A stretch of DNA of 61,983 nt, counting the filler. It is 7 parts of 7 records of this genome, joined end to end, with 100 filler letters (N's around TTAATTAATTAA, not from the genome) between each part and the next. Parts side by side here need not be neighbours in the genome. Positions count along the whole stretch, not along the records: positions 1 to 13,150 come from SRR31156797_28267; 6 more parts are not named here. One strand, written 5' to 3'. The notes beneath the pieces are model-generated. The model saw nothing but the letters and a program-made list of their open reading frames with translations, was not told the DNA's origin and did no database searches. This document shows, piece after piece, positions 1-10,044 of this stretch (positions are counted from its first letter, which is position 1; every line of letters begins with the position of its first letter). The position numbers were made by a program, and so were the translations under genes.

Positions 1-722
1 CCTTGTTTTGTGGTAATAATAATTACACCATTAGCTGCACGTGAACCATAAATAGCGGCTGCAGAAGCATCCTTAAGCACCTGTACTGATTCAATATCAT
101 TTGGAGAGAAGTCGCGTATGGTTGTTCCCATTGGTACACCATCAATTACATAAAGAGGATTGGTATTACCAAACGAACCAATACCACGGATACGAACCGT
201 AGGATCTGCACCAGGTTGACCATCGGATGTAATTTGAACACCGGATGCTCTACCTTGAAGCATGGTAGAAATGTTTGAGTTAGATACTTTTTGCATCTCT
301 TCAGCATCGACAATGGCAACAGATCCGGTAAGGTCTGCTTTTTTCTGAGTACCATAACCAATTACTACAACTTGGTCGATTTCTTGAGTGTCAGAAACTA
401 ATGTGATACTACCAAGTTGGGTTTTTCCATCCACAGTAATTTCAATAGTTTCGAACCCTATAAAAGAAACCAATAAAGTAGCATCAGAAGGAACATTTAA
501 GGTAAAGTTACCATCAATGTCAGTAATAACGCCGTTGGTTGTTCCTTTTTGTTGCACAGTTGCTCCAATAAGAGGTTCCCCGCTTTCGTCAACTATTGTA
601 CCTTTTATTGTTATTTCGCCTGCCTGAGTTTGGGACTCCAGGTCGGTATTGTCGATACCTTCAGCGTAAGTGGCTGGAGTCAGCATCAATAGTCCCAACA
701 GGATTAAATATATATATTTCAT
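1..722 (-). CDS. susC: SusC/RagA family TonB-dependent transporter, N-terminal part (runs off window start)
   Basis: Manual translation from the ATG at 722: MKYIYLILLGLLML...GEPLIGATVQQKGTTNGVITDIDGNF...VVVIGYGTQKKADLTGSV...IRGIGSFGNTNPLYVIDG...DIESVQVLKDASAAAIYGSRAANGVIIITTK, the SusC plug signature. Absent from the ORF track. Confidence 0.95.
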   Translation of the reverse strand, partial: MKYIYLILLGLLMLTPATYAEGIDNTDLESQTQAGEITIKGTIVDESGEPLIGATVQQKGTTNGVITDIDGNFTLNVPSDATLLVSFIGFETIEITVDGKTQLGSITLVSDTQEIDQVVVIGYGTQKKADLTGSVAIVDAEEMQKVSNSNISTMLQGRASGVQITSDGQPGADPTVRIRGIGSFGNTNPLYVIDGVPMGTTIRDFSPNDIESVQVLKDASAAAIYGSRAANGVIIITTKQ

Positions 723-749
723 AATTTAAATGTTTTTTTGTTTTAATAT

Positions 750-2489
750 TTATTCAACTGATGTTATATCTACATAACATCCATCAACAGTAACTGCTGC
801 ATTTAAATCATCAGCATCTACAGCTAAATTTGAATACTGTTGGAAATGAGTTTCTCCATTTGCATAAGTAACATCATAACGTATTGTAGCGGTACCATCA
901 CCAATATTTGTAATTGTAATTTCGATGTCGGAATCGTTAATGTTTTCTGCAAATACATCAAAATTCCAGTCATTTGAGGTTCCATCCCCATCATAACCAT
1001 CACCCCATCCAAAATTGTCCATGCGAACTACGGCAAATTCTGTTTTGTCCGCTTTGCGCAGGATGACTACTGGAGCATTCCAGTTATTAGCTCCAGAAGA
1101 GTAACATTTCATTGTAAATTTCTTAGATGCTGAATTGGCAACAGGATATTCATTAGAAAATTCAACCCAGAAACCAGTCGAGAAATCAGTAGCACCTACT
1201 TGGTTAGTTGCTCCCATTGCATTAGTTACGGCAACAGTTGTTGTTACAGTACTAGTTGCTCCAATATAAGAAATAACAGCTTCTTGTGCACCGTCAGCTG
1301 CAGTAATCTCAAATAGAAGATTCTCATTTGGAATTACTCCTGTTGAACCATCAGAATAAGTAGCTGTTACAACCATATCAGTAGCGTCAAATAATGGAGC
1401 TGCCGGACCAGGGAAAGTGTATGAAGTTACACTTGGCATGGTGGTCACTTCAAGGCTTGTTACTGAGTTAGTAACTTCTAGAGAGTAAGTAGTTGTTACA
1501 GCTTGTGTATATTCACCTTGTTTAGTTTTGCTATAAGCTGCGCCTACTGTTTTAGAACCTACAGTTGTCATGTCTGGAATAACAGAGAATGTAACATCTG
1601 CAGTATCCACTACTGTCGAAGAGCCATCTGCAAATGTAACTGTGGCTACGCCATCACCCCAGAAGTCCTCGTTTCCTATTTCAACAAAAGCAGGAGTCCC
1701 CGTAATTTCAATTGATACAGGCTCAACGTCTTCAACAACTGTAATCTTAGAAGGTATTGTGTATGCTTTTAAAATTTCGAAATAACTTGCATCGGCAATT
1801 AGGAACGCAGTTATATCTGCAATGGCAGAAACAGGTTGATTATATGTCATTTCGAGCTCAGTACCGTTTGTTCCAACAGCAGTTGCTGTAAGATATACAT
1901 TGCCAGTAGTTGAATGATCAATTTCTAATGTAACATGAGCACCATCCATTGTTGCACGGAAGTCGTTCCATATATCTTCATCACCATCTGTGTCAGGATA
2001 ATTATTAGATACTAAAGCCAAATCAAAAACAGAACCTTGATCCTTCATTTGGTCTCCCCAGCCATAAGCATCTGAACGAATAACAAAGTATTCCAAATAC
2101 CCATCAGCATCACGATCACCTACTTCGTTTGTAATGGCAAGAGTCCAGTTGTTATAGTTATTTGCACTACCTCCATTGTGATTTATAAATTCAAGGTGTA
2201 AAAGTTTATTAGTAGGAATTGTGAAGTAATCAGAAAAAGCAGTCCACCAACCTGAACTAAAATCTTCTGCACCAACTATTCCTGTTGTAATTTCGATGTA
2301 CGTTGTGTCACCGGTGTCAATACTTGCTTTAGCAGCTGCAATAGAGTCGATTTTATATTGCAAATCAGTGGGCGAATCAATTGAATATAAATCCGGCTTT
2401 TCGCACCCAACTAGGCTAAATGCTGCCAAAACTGCTGCGAACATTAAGCCCGCCATCAGTTTGTTTGTTATTTTCATTTTCATAGTCAT
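750..2489 (-). CDS. PUL surface lipoprotein with two Trp-rich repeated domains flanking bacterial Ig-like domains (putative glycan-binding protein)
   Basis: Lipobox-like SLVGC. Repeats VGAEDFSSGWW...IRSDAYGWG and VGATDFSTGFW...VRMDNFGWG. Big-type segments (VTATYSDGS). Lies directly upstream of susC. Confidence 0.75.
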   Translation of the reverse strand: MTMKMKITNKLMAGLMFAAVLAAFSLVGCEKPDLYSIDSPTDLQYKIDSIAAAKASIDTGDTTYIEITTGIVGAEDFSSGWWTAFSDYFTIPTNKLLHLEFINHNGGSANNYNNWTLAITNEVGDRDADGYLEYFVIRSDAYGWGDQMKDQGSVFDLALVSNNYPDTDGDEDIWNDFRATMDGAHVTLEIDHSTTGNVYLTATAVGTNGTELEMTYNQPVSAIADITAFLIADASYFEILKAYTIPSKITVVEDVEPVSIEITGTPAFVEIGNEDFWGDGVATVTFADGSSTVVDTADVTFSVIPDMTTVGSKTVGAAYSKTKQGEYTQAVTTTYSLEVTNSVTSLEVTTMPSVTSYTFPGPAAPLFDATDMVVTATYSDGSTGVIPNENLLFEITAADGAQEAVISYIGATSTVTTTVAVTNAMGATNQVGATDFSTGFWVEFSNEYPVANSASKKFTMKCYSSGANNWNAPVVILRKADKTEFAVVRMDNFGWGDGYDGDGTSNDWNFDVFAENINDSDIEITITNIGDGTATIRYDVTYANGETHFQQYSNLAVDADDLNAAVTVDGCYVDITSVE

Positions 2490-2703
2490 ACTTTAATTAA
2501 TTATGCTGTTTCAATTCTCTGTAATCTCATTTTCAAAATTGTTTTTTTGCTACTCACCTTAAAAAATCATCTATGTGAGCTTTATTGTTTGTGTTAGGTT
2601 GTTTTATTCGTTTTCATTTATCTATATTTTTTATTTAATGCGCTTTATGTTATTACACCATGAATTGTTTAAGAAATGATTCAAAGTGTTTTAAAATGTT
2701 AAG

Positions 2704-2759
2704 CAAATTTAAATTCGATCTAACTATTTAAGGTTCATTAATATTTTTTAAGAGTGGAT
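2704..2759 (-). promoter_or_regulatory. Putative HTCS-dependent promoter for the lipoprotein-susC operon
   Basis: Minus strand: ATCCACTC (from 2759), ATGAACCT (+21), Bacteroidetes -7 box TAAATTTG (+48). Confidence 0.6.
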
Positions 2760-2866
2760 AAATACGGATACCACGGAGGTGCTTTGTATTTGTTTTTCGA
2801 ATATTTCAAGGAAATACAGAAAAGGTGGGGTTAAATACTTATGGTGGAGTTTTGTTGTAAACATTT

Positions 2867-2922
2867 GTCCACCTCTAATAAATAATAATACTCTTGGGCT
2901 AGGCGTATTTTGCAGAACTTTG
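2867..2922 (+). promoter_or_regulatory. Putative HTCS-dependent promoter for the GH146/GH127 gene
   Basis: GTCCACCT (2867), ATACTCTT (+21), -7-like GAACTTTG (+48). Confidence 0.55.
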
Positions 2923-3022
2923 TTTGTTAAACATATAAGGATGAATGGGGACTAATAGATATCCAATATGTAATTTTTTAACTAGTTTTGTCCTTTGTTA
3001 AAAAATGTAATCTAAAACTTTA

Positions 3023-5362
3023 TTGATGAAACACTTATTAACCTTTATTGCTGCTATAATAACATTAGCATCATGCAGCGAGCAAGAACCTTTAAAAACT
3101 TTTTCCTTAGAAGAAGTTCGTTTAACCAACTCTCCTTTTTTGAATGCCCAAAAAATTGATGAACAGTATTTGTTGGAATTAGATGCAGATAGATTATTAG
3201 CCCCATACATTAAGGAGGCTGGTTTAGAACCTAAAAAACCAAATTATACCAATTGGGAAAATACAGGTTTAGACGGTCATATTGGGGGACATTATTTATC
3301 TGCTTTATCTATGATGTATGCATCTACAGGAGATACTGTATTTTTAAATAAGGTAAATTCTTATGTCGAAGAATTAAAGAAGTGTCAGGATGCAAGTGGA
3401 GATGGTTATTTGTCAGGAGTTCCAGGAGGAAAACAGATTTGGAAAGAAATAAGTGAAGGCAAAATAGAGGCAGGAAGCTTTTCGTTAAATAGGAAATGGG
3501 TACCGTTATATAATATTCATAAAATATATGCTGGATTAAGAGATGCCCATATATATGCGCATAATCAGGATGCTTTAGTGATGTTAACAAAATTGTCAGA
3601 CTGGTTTTTGGATATCACTAAAAACTTAAATGATGATCAATTACAAAAATTGCTAATAAGCGAACATGGAGGTATGAATGAGGTTTTTGTTGATGTAGCT
3701 GAATTAACTAGAGATAAAAAATACCTAACATTTGCACGTCGTTTTTCTGATTTCTCGGTATTAAACCCTTTGATTGATAAAAGTATAAATCTAGTCGGGA
3801 TGCATGCTAATACGCAAATACCTAAGGTTATTGGATATAAGCGATATGCAGATGTAGCTATGGATACAGCCTGGAATAGTGCTTCAAAATACTTTTGGGA
3901 TGTTGTGGTAAATGATATGACCATTTCCATTGGAGGAAATAGTGTTAGGGAGCATTTTCATTCTCCGGACGATTTTACTTCTATGGTAGAGTCGGAGCAA
4001 GGACCTGAAACTTGTAATACATACAACATGCTTAAATTGAGCAAAATGTTGTTTTTGAGTGAAGGCGATCAAAAGTATATGGATTATTATGAGAGAGCCA
4101 TGTATAATCATATTTTGTCTTCTCAACATCCTGAAAAAGGAGGCTTTGTGTACTTTACACCAATGCGACCTCAACATTATAGAGTGTATTCTAAGGTGCA
4201 TACTTCATTCTGGTGTTGTGTTGGTTCAGGATTAGAAAATCATACTAAATATGCTGAATTGATATATGGACATAGAGGTGATGATATTTATACTAACTTA
4301 TTTATTCCGTCAACTTTAAATTGGGAAGAAAAAGGAATTGTACTATCACAGGAAACCAAGTTTCCATACAGTAATAAGGTGAATTATAAAATTCAAGAAG
4401 CAAAACAAAACTTCAAATTTAATGTGCGTATTCCAGCATGGTTAAAAGGTAAAAAGCCACTAGTTAAAATAAACGACAAGGAAGTAAGTGTAAATGCTGA
4501 GAATGGTTATGCAGCTATTGGGTCCCTTGCGAAGGGAGACAGGGTTTCTATTGAATTGCCAATGGATTTTACAATAGAATATTTGCCGGATGGATCTAAT
4601 TATGCTTCTGTTGCTTATGGTCCTATTGTATTAGGTGCTGTTACGGATACTCTTGGATTAGATGGTCTTTTTTCTGATGATAGTAGAATGGGACATGTTG
4701 CCAAAGGAGAATTTCGACCATTAGAGAGTGCGCCATGTGTAATTTCGGATGAAAAAGATTTTTCATCGCAGATAGTGCCAATTGAAGGAGAACCATTGCA
4801 TTTTAATTTAAAGGTTGATGGAGATCGAGTTTTTAAATTACAGCCTTTTTATGAAATCCACGAAGCAAGATATATGGTTTACTGGCCAGTTTATTCTGCA
4901 AGTGAGTTAGAAGCAAAAAGAGAAGAAATCAGGTTAAAAGAAGAAGCTATTCTGAATTTAGAAAAGAGAACGATTGATAAAGTCGCTCCTGGTGAACAAC
5001 AGCCGGAATCTGATCACTTTTTTAAAGGAGAAAGAACTAATTCAGGTGTGTATAAAGAGCATTTTTGGCGTGATGCAACCGGGTGGTTTAGCTATATGTT
5101 AACAGATAAGAATAAAGAAGCTAAAGTTTTAAGGATAACATATACGAAAGGAGATGCTGGCAGAAAGTTTAGGATTGAAATGAATGGTCATTTGTTAGCA
5201 AAAGTATTATTGACTTCAGATCATGAAGAAGAGTTTTATACAATTGATTACCCATTGGATGAAATAAAAGAAAAACTGAATGCCAAAAAGATTGAGTTAA
5301 AATTTATTGCAGAAGATGGTTCTGTAGCAGGAGGAATATACGGAGTTAGATTACTAAAGTAG
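3023..5362 (+). CDS. Beta-L-arabinofuranosidase-like glycoside hydrolase (GH146/GH127, DUF1680), lipoprotein
   Basis: Motifs GHIGGHYLSALS, HANTQIPK, GPETCNTYNMLKL, FWCCVGSGLENH; lipobox LASC. Confidence 0.88.
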   Translation: MMKHLLTFIAAIITLASCSEQEPLKTFSLEEVRLTNSPFLNAQKIDEQYLLELDADRLLAPYIKEAGLEPKKPNYTNWENTGLDGHIGGHYLSALSMMYASTGDTVFLNKVNSYVEELKKCQDASGDGYLSGVPGGKQIWKEISEGKIEAGSFSLNRKWVPLYNIHKIYAGLRDAHIYAHNQDALVMLTKLSDWFLDITKNLNDDQLQKLLISEHGGMNEVFVDVAELTRDKKYLTFARRFSDFSVLNPLIDKSINLVGMHANTQIPKVIGYKRYADVAMDTAWNSASKYFWDVVVNDMTISIGGNSVREHFHSPDDFTSMVESEQGPETCNTYNMLKLSKMLFLSEGDQKYMDYYERAMYNHILSSQHPEKGGFVYFTPMRPQHYRVYSKVHTSFWCCVGSGLENHTKYAELIYGHRGDDIYTNLFIPSTLNWEEKGIVLSQETKFPYSNKVNYKIQEAKQNFKFNVRIPAWLKGKKPLVKINDKEVSVNAENGYAAIGSLAKGDRVSIELPMDFTIEYLPDGSNYASVAYGPIVLGAVTDTLGLDGLFSDDSRMGHVAKGEFRPLESAPCVISDEKDFSSQIVPIEGEPLHFNLKVDGDRVFKLQPFYEIHEARYMVYWPVYSASELEAKREEIRLKEEAILNLEKRTIDKVAPGEQQPESDHFFKGERTNSGVYKEHFWRDATGWFSYMLTDKNKEAKVLRITYTKGDAGRKFRIEMNGHLLAKVLLTSDHEEEFYTIDYPLDEIKEKLNAKKIELKFIAEDGSVAGGIYGVRLLK

Positions 5363-5419
5363 TTTATTATATAAATACTGAGGTAGTTATATTCTTACAT
5401 AATATAATATCAAAAAATC

Positions 5420-5446
5420 GAAGGCCGCATAATTGCGGCCTTCTTT
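5420..5446 (+). terminator. Intrinsic terminator
   Basis: GAAGGCCGCA-TAAT-TGCGGCCTTC followed by TTT, downstream of the GH146 gene. Confidence 0.75.
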
Positions 5447-5561
5447 ATAGAATGCTATGATTCCTTAGGTTTTGAATTTGTTTTGAATGTTGTATCTTTA
5501 ATTATCTAACCTAAAATAAAAAGTAATATTTTTATAACTTCTGACTGAATAATCGTTATTT

Positions 5562-8500
5562 ATGACATTATTTCTTAAAAAGACTTTCGGATTCTTAGGA
5601 ATCATACTGAGTTGCTTTACACTAAGTGCAAAAAATCAACCACGTGTAGAATTTATTAATATAGACGATGGTTTGCCTCAAAATACGGTTCAATCAATTG
5701 AAAAAGACAAATTTGGTTTTATGTGGATTGGAACGGATAATGGGCTTTGTCGTTATGACGGTTATAGCTTTGAATACTATTATTCAGATGGAGGGGATAG
5801 TGCATTGTGGGATAACAGAATTTTAAGTCTCGAATCAGATAATGATCATTCAATATGGGTTACCAGTCAAAAAGGAGTGCAGGTATTAGATCTTTTTACT
5901 GGGCGATTCAAGGTGATTGAAGATGATAAAATTTTGCGAATTCTGAGATTAGATGTCATCGAAACCTTAAAAACAAGTAATTCAATATGGATCGTTACTA
6001 AAACCAATGGGATATTTCAGTTAAAAGAGGAAGGAAATAATCTGTTAGAAGTTGGGCATTATTGGAATAATGATACCTTACCTAATCCGAATTGTATATA
6101 TCTGAGTACAAGCAATAAAGTTTGTCTTGGGACTGAATTAGGACTGTATATTTTTAAGGAGTCATCCTCTTCATTCGAGAGTATGGATTATAACAGACCG
6201 GAAATCAGTAATACAAGTATTCAAAGTATTCTTGATGATGAACGATATTTGTATTTAGGTACTGAGAACGGATTGTACCTGATTGATAAAGAAAGTTTAA
6301 ATTTTATACCTTTTTATGCCGATGTAAGCAATGTTAATTCATTAAACCATCCCAACGTTACTGCACTTATAAAAGTAAATGCTAATGAATTGCATATAGG
6401 TACACTGGGAGGTATCTGTCGACTGTATATTGATGAACAGAAAATAGAACGAGTTAGTCTTATAGACAATACGATTGAGTCACAGGTAGAGTTTGTTAGT
6501 TCAATATATGCTGATGAACAGGGAAATGTTTGGGTAGGTGCAGAAAAAGTTGGATTGGCATATTATAATATTCATCAAAAGAACTTTTTATCATTAGATA
6601 ATTTTGGAGATGGTTTGGATGAACTTAATGAAGATATAATCAACTCAATTTATAAAACCCGTCAATCGCTATGGATAGGTACTGCAGGAAAAGGGTTGGC
6701 TAAGGTTAACACATCAAAAGGTCATTTCAGATATTTTCAATCACAGACAGGAAACGCTTTTTCAATAGAAAGTAATTTTATTACCTCTGTTTGTGAAGAT
6801 AGTAAAGGGGATTTATGGGTAGGTACATGGGGTATGGGCTTACAAAAGCTCGTAAAAGGTAAAGGAGAAAATTTTATCTCATATCAAATAGATAAAGGAC
6901 TTCCAAGTAGTTTTGTTTCATGTATTTATAAAAATAGTAAAGGGCAATTGGTTATAGGAACCCAAGGAGGATTGTGTATATATAATGAGAAACAAGATTA
7001 TTTCTATTCGGTTTTGCCAGCAAACGATGGTCTTGCATCTTCATGGGAAGTTGGTTGTTTAATTGAAGATAAACATGGATTTTATTGGGTTGGAACCACT
7101 TCCGGATTATATAGATTTAATAGTCGGTTAGTAAGCTTAACGGAACCAACTATTATTTCAAAATACGAACAAACGCTATTTAAAGAAACGCAGGAGCCTT
7201 ACAGTTTGCCTAATAATTATATCGCTTGTTTAACATCAGATAGTAAAGGTAATATATGGTTGGGAACTTATGGAGGAGGAGTTGCAAAATGTGTTGAAAT
7301 TGAAGGCGGTAACTACCAGTTTGAATCCTTAATTCAAAAAGATGGACTGGCAAATAATGTAGTTTATAATATTCTTTGTGATGATAAAGATAATTTATGG
7401 ATTGCTACCGAAAACGGATTATCAAAATATTCGCAAGCGCAAAAGCATTTTGTAAATTATTATAAACAAGATGGATTACGAAACAACCAGTATTATTGGT
7501 CTGCGGCTTTTAAAGACGATGAAGGTTACTTATATTTTGGTGGTTTAAAAGGGCTTAACTTCTTTCATCCAGACAGTATTCAGCAATATCCGTTTAAGAC
7601 TTCACCGAGTATAACATCATTGAATATTTATAACCAAAAAGTAGTGCCCGGTCAGAAATACAATGGCGTTATACCTCTTAAAAAGTCTGCTTTTGCTAAT
7701 GATACCATTCATTTGTCATATAAAGATAAGGTTTTCTCTATCGAATTTTCAGCTATGAATTACCTGCATTCAGGTAAGATAAAATATGCTTATAAGATGG
7801 AGGGCGTTGATAAGGATTGGGTAGAGGTTGATTCAAAAAGACGAATGGCTTCCTATACAAACCTTGCAGGTGGCTTGTATTTATTTCAGGTTAAATCAAC
7901 GAATCTGGAGGGGCTGTGGGAAGAAAATGTGGCTCAGGTATATGTTGATATCATACCGCCTCTTTGGCAGCGTATGTGGTTTAAAATAGTATTGGTGGTA
8001 TTTCTTATTGTATTGATATCTGTTTATATACAATATAGATCTTTTAGAATTTCGATGCAGAAAAAGCGTTTGGAATTCCTTGTCAAAGAAAGAACTATAG
8101 AAATTCAAAAAAAGAATAAGCAGTTAGAAGAAAGTTCCAGCAGGTTAATGGAAAGTAATACTCAGTTAGAAAAGAGAAGAAATAAGATTGAGATTCAGAA
8201 AAAGCAGCTGGAAGATCAAAACAAAGAAATTATTTCCCAACGAGACCAGTTGATTAGTTTGAATGAAAAAGTAGAAAGTATTCATCAAATGAGAATGCAG
8301 TTTTTTACAAATATTTCTCATGAGTTTCGTACACCATTAACTTTAATTATATCTCCTGTCGAAAGGATATTGTCAGACTCCGGATTTCAGTTGTCGGATT
8401 CAGTACGTAATGCCATTTCAGTGGTAAAACGCAATGCAGAACGTTTATTAATGCTAACAAATCAAATCCTAACCTTTAGAAAATTAGAAGCCGGTAAATT

Positions 8501-9851
8501 GAAGGTGCTTTTAAGAGAGGGAGCTGTAGATGAGGCGGTAATTGAAATTGGTGGAGCTTTTAATGAGCTGGCGCAAGAAAAGAATATTAGCTATGATTTA
8601 CAGGTAAATAAAGGAGATTATGATGGGTGGTACGATAAATCGAAATTAGAAAATATTCTATTTAACTTATTGTCAAATGCCTTTAAATATACTTCTTCAG
8701 AAGGTCATGTAATGATGAATGTAGATCTAATTGAAGAGGATAGTAAAGGAAAATGTATTGAGATTAAGATAAAAGATGATGGAGAAGGAATTAAGCCAGA
8801 TGTGATTGATAAAATATTCGATCGTTTTTATAGAGCGGAAAATACGCTGGGATTTGGAACAGGAATAGGTTTGTCTCTTGTTAAAGAGTTAGTTGAAAAA
8901 CAGAATGGACACATAGTTGCCGAAAGTGAATATAAATCAGGAACTACATTTATAGTTACACTGCCAATAGAAAAGGATGCATTTGATGATTATACAATTG
9001 TGGATCACGATATAAATGAACCTTTATCATTGAAAGAAAAAGTAAACCTGGTTCAACCTTCAAAAGCTACAGAATCAGAAAATATACCAGAGGATGATGC
9101 AAGTAAGCCAGAGATTATGGTTGTGGAGGATAATGATGATTTAAGGCATTTCTTAGCTGAATCGCTTAAGGTATACTATAGGGTTATTACAGCAAGAGAT
9201 GGACAAGAAGGTTATGAACTCGCACTTAAGAATGATGTAGAGCTAGTGGTGAGTGATGTTATGATGCCCAGACTTAATGGTTTTGATTTGTGTAAACAGT
9301 TGAAAAATAATTTAAATACAAGTCATTTACCTGTTATACTTTTGTCGGCCAAAGGGGTGGATGAAAATCAAATAGAGGGTCTAGGTGTTGGTGCAGATGA
9401 CTACATTGTGAAACCATTTAATTTTACTTTGTTACAGGCAAAAATAAAGAGCCTAATAGATAATAGATTTAAACTTAAGAAGTTTTACCTGCAAAATTCT
9501 GCCGAAGACCAGGATTTACAAAGTGGTACTTTAGATGATGAGTTTATGCAAAAAGTAAATGATGTTGTTTCTGAGCATTATGTAGATGCTTCGTTTGACA
9601 TCGAAACCTTTTCTTCAAAAATGTTCGTTAGCCGAAGCCTACTGTATAAGAAGCTAAAAGCTTTAACCAATGTTTCTCCAAATGAATATATTAATGTATT
9701 TAGATTAAAAAAATCCATCCCATTATTAAAGAGCAAAAAATACCAGGTTGGAGAGGTAGCTATTATGGTTGGATTTAATGATCCAAAATATTTTAGCAGG
9801 GTATTCAAGAAGTTTTATAATTGTTCTCCAAGTGAGTATGTCAATGGTTAA
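5562..9851 (+). CDS. Hybrid two-component system sensor kinase/response regulator (beta-propeller, Y_Y_Y, HisKA, HATPase, REC, AraC HTH)
   Basis: Reg_prop repeats (GFMWIGTDNGL), YTNLAGG Y_Y_Y, TM segment, FFTNISHEFRTPLTLI, GTGIGLSLVKEL, SDVMMP receiver, C-terminal VGFNDPKYFSRVFKK. Confidence 0.96.
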   Translation: MTLFLKKTFGFLGIILSCFTLSAKNQPRVEFINIDDGLPQNTVQSIEKDKFGFMWIGTDNGLCRYDGYSFEYYYSDGGDSALWDNRILSLESDNDHSIWVTSQKGVQVLDLFTGRFKVIEDDKILRILRLDVIETLKTSNSIWIVTKTNGIFQLKEEGNNLLEVGHYWNNDTLPNPNCIYLSTSNKVCLGTELGLYIFKESSSSFESMDYNRPEISNTSIQSILDDERYLYLGTENGLYLIDKESLNFIPFYADVSNVNSLNHPNVTALIKVNANELHIGTLGGICRLYIDEQKIERVSLIDNTIESQVEFVSSIYADEQGNVWVGAEKVGLAYYNIHQKNFLSLDNFGDGLDELNEDIINSIYKTRQSLWIGTAGKGLAKVNTSKGHFRYFQSQTGNAFSIESNFITSVCEDSKGDLWVGTWGMGLQKLVKGKGENFISYQIDKGLPSSFVSCIYKNSKGQLVIGTQGGLCIYNEKQDYFYSVLPANDGLASSWEVGCLIEDKHGFYWVGTTSGLYRFNSRLVSLTEPTIISKYEQTLFKETQEPYSLPNNYIACLTSDSKGNIWLGTYGGGVAKCVEIEGGNYQFESLIQKDGLANNVVYNILCDDKDNLWIATENGLSKYSQAQKHFVNYYKQDGLRNNQYYWSAAFKDDEGYLYFGGLKGLNFFHPDSIQQYPFKTSPSITSLNIYNQKVVPGQKYNGVIPLKKSAFANDTIHLSYKDKVFSIEFSAMNYLHSGKIKYAYKMEGVDKDWVEVDSKRRMASYTNLAGGLYLFQVKSTNLEGLWEENVAQVYVDIIPPLWQRMWFKIVLVVFLIVLISVYIQYRSFRISMQKKRLEFLVKERTIEIQKKNKQLEESSSRLMESNTQLEKRRNKIEIQKKQLEDQNKEIISQRDQLISLNEKVESIHQMRMQFFTNISHEFRTPLTLIISPVERILSDSGFQLSDSVRNAISVVKRNAERLLMLTNQILTFRKLEAGKLKVLLREGAVDEAVIEIGGAFNELAQEKNISYDLQVNKGDYDGWYDKSKLENILFNLLSNAFKYTSSEGHVMMNVDLIEEDSKGKCIEIKIKDDGEGIKPDVIDKIFDRFYRAENTLGFGTGIGLSLVKELVEKQNGHIVAESEYKSGTTFIVTLPIEKDAFDDYTIVDHDINEPLSLKEKVNLVQPSKATESENIPEDDASKPEIMVVEDNDDLRHFLAESLKVYYRVITARDGQEGYELALKNDVELVVSDVMMPRLNGFDLCKQLKNNLNTSHLPVILLSAKGVDENQIEGLGVGADDYIVKPFNFTLLQAKIKSLIDNRFKLKKFYLQNSAEDQDLQSGTLDDEFMQKVNDVVSEHYVDASFDIETFSSKMFVSRSLLYKKLKALTNVSPNEYINVFRLKKSIPLLKSKKYQVGEVAIMVGFNDPKYFSRVFKKFYNCSPSEYVNG

Positions 9852-9957
9852 TATAGTAAAGCTAGTTCAATATTATTGGCTTATATAAGTTTTGTTTTTC
9901 AAGCAAATAGCCTGTTGTATAAGGGGTTTAGCTTGTGTTTTAGGCTATTCACTTTAT

Positions 9958-10013
9958 ATCCACCTCATAAAAACGATTGTCCTCTTTAATATTTATACTG
10001 CATGCTACTTTTG
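9958..10013 (+). promoter_or_regulatory. Putative HTCS-dependent promoter for the GH43 endo-arabinanase
   Basis: ATCCACCT (9958), GTCCTCTT (+21), -7 box TACTTTTG (+48). Confidence 0.6.
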
Positions 10014-10044
10014 TTTAAGCGATTGTTAAATTTAAGTAGGAAAA

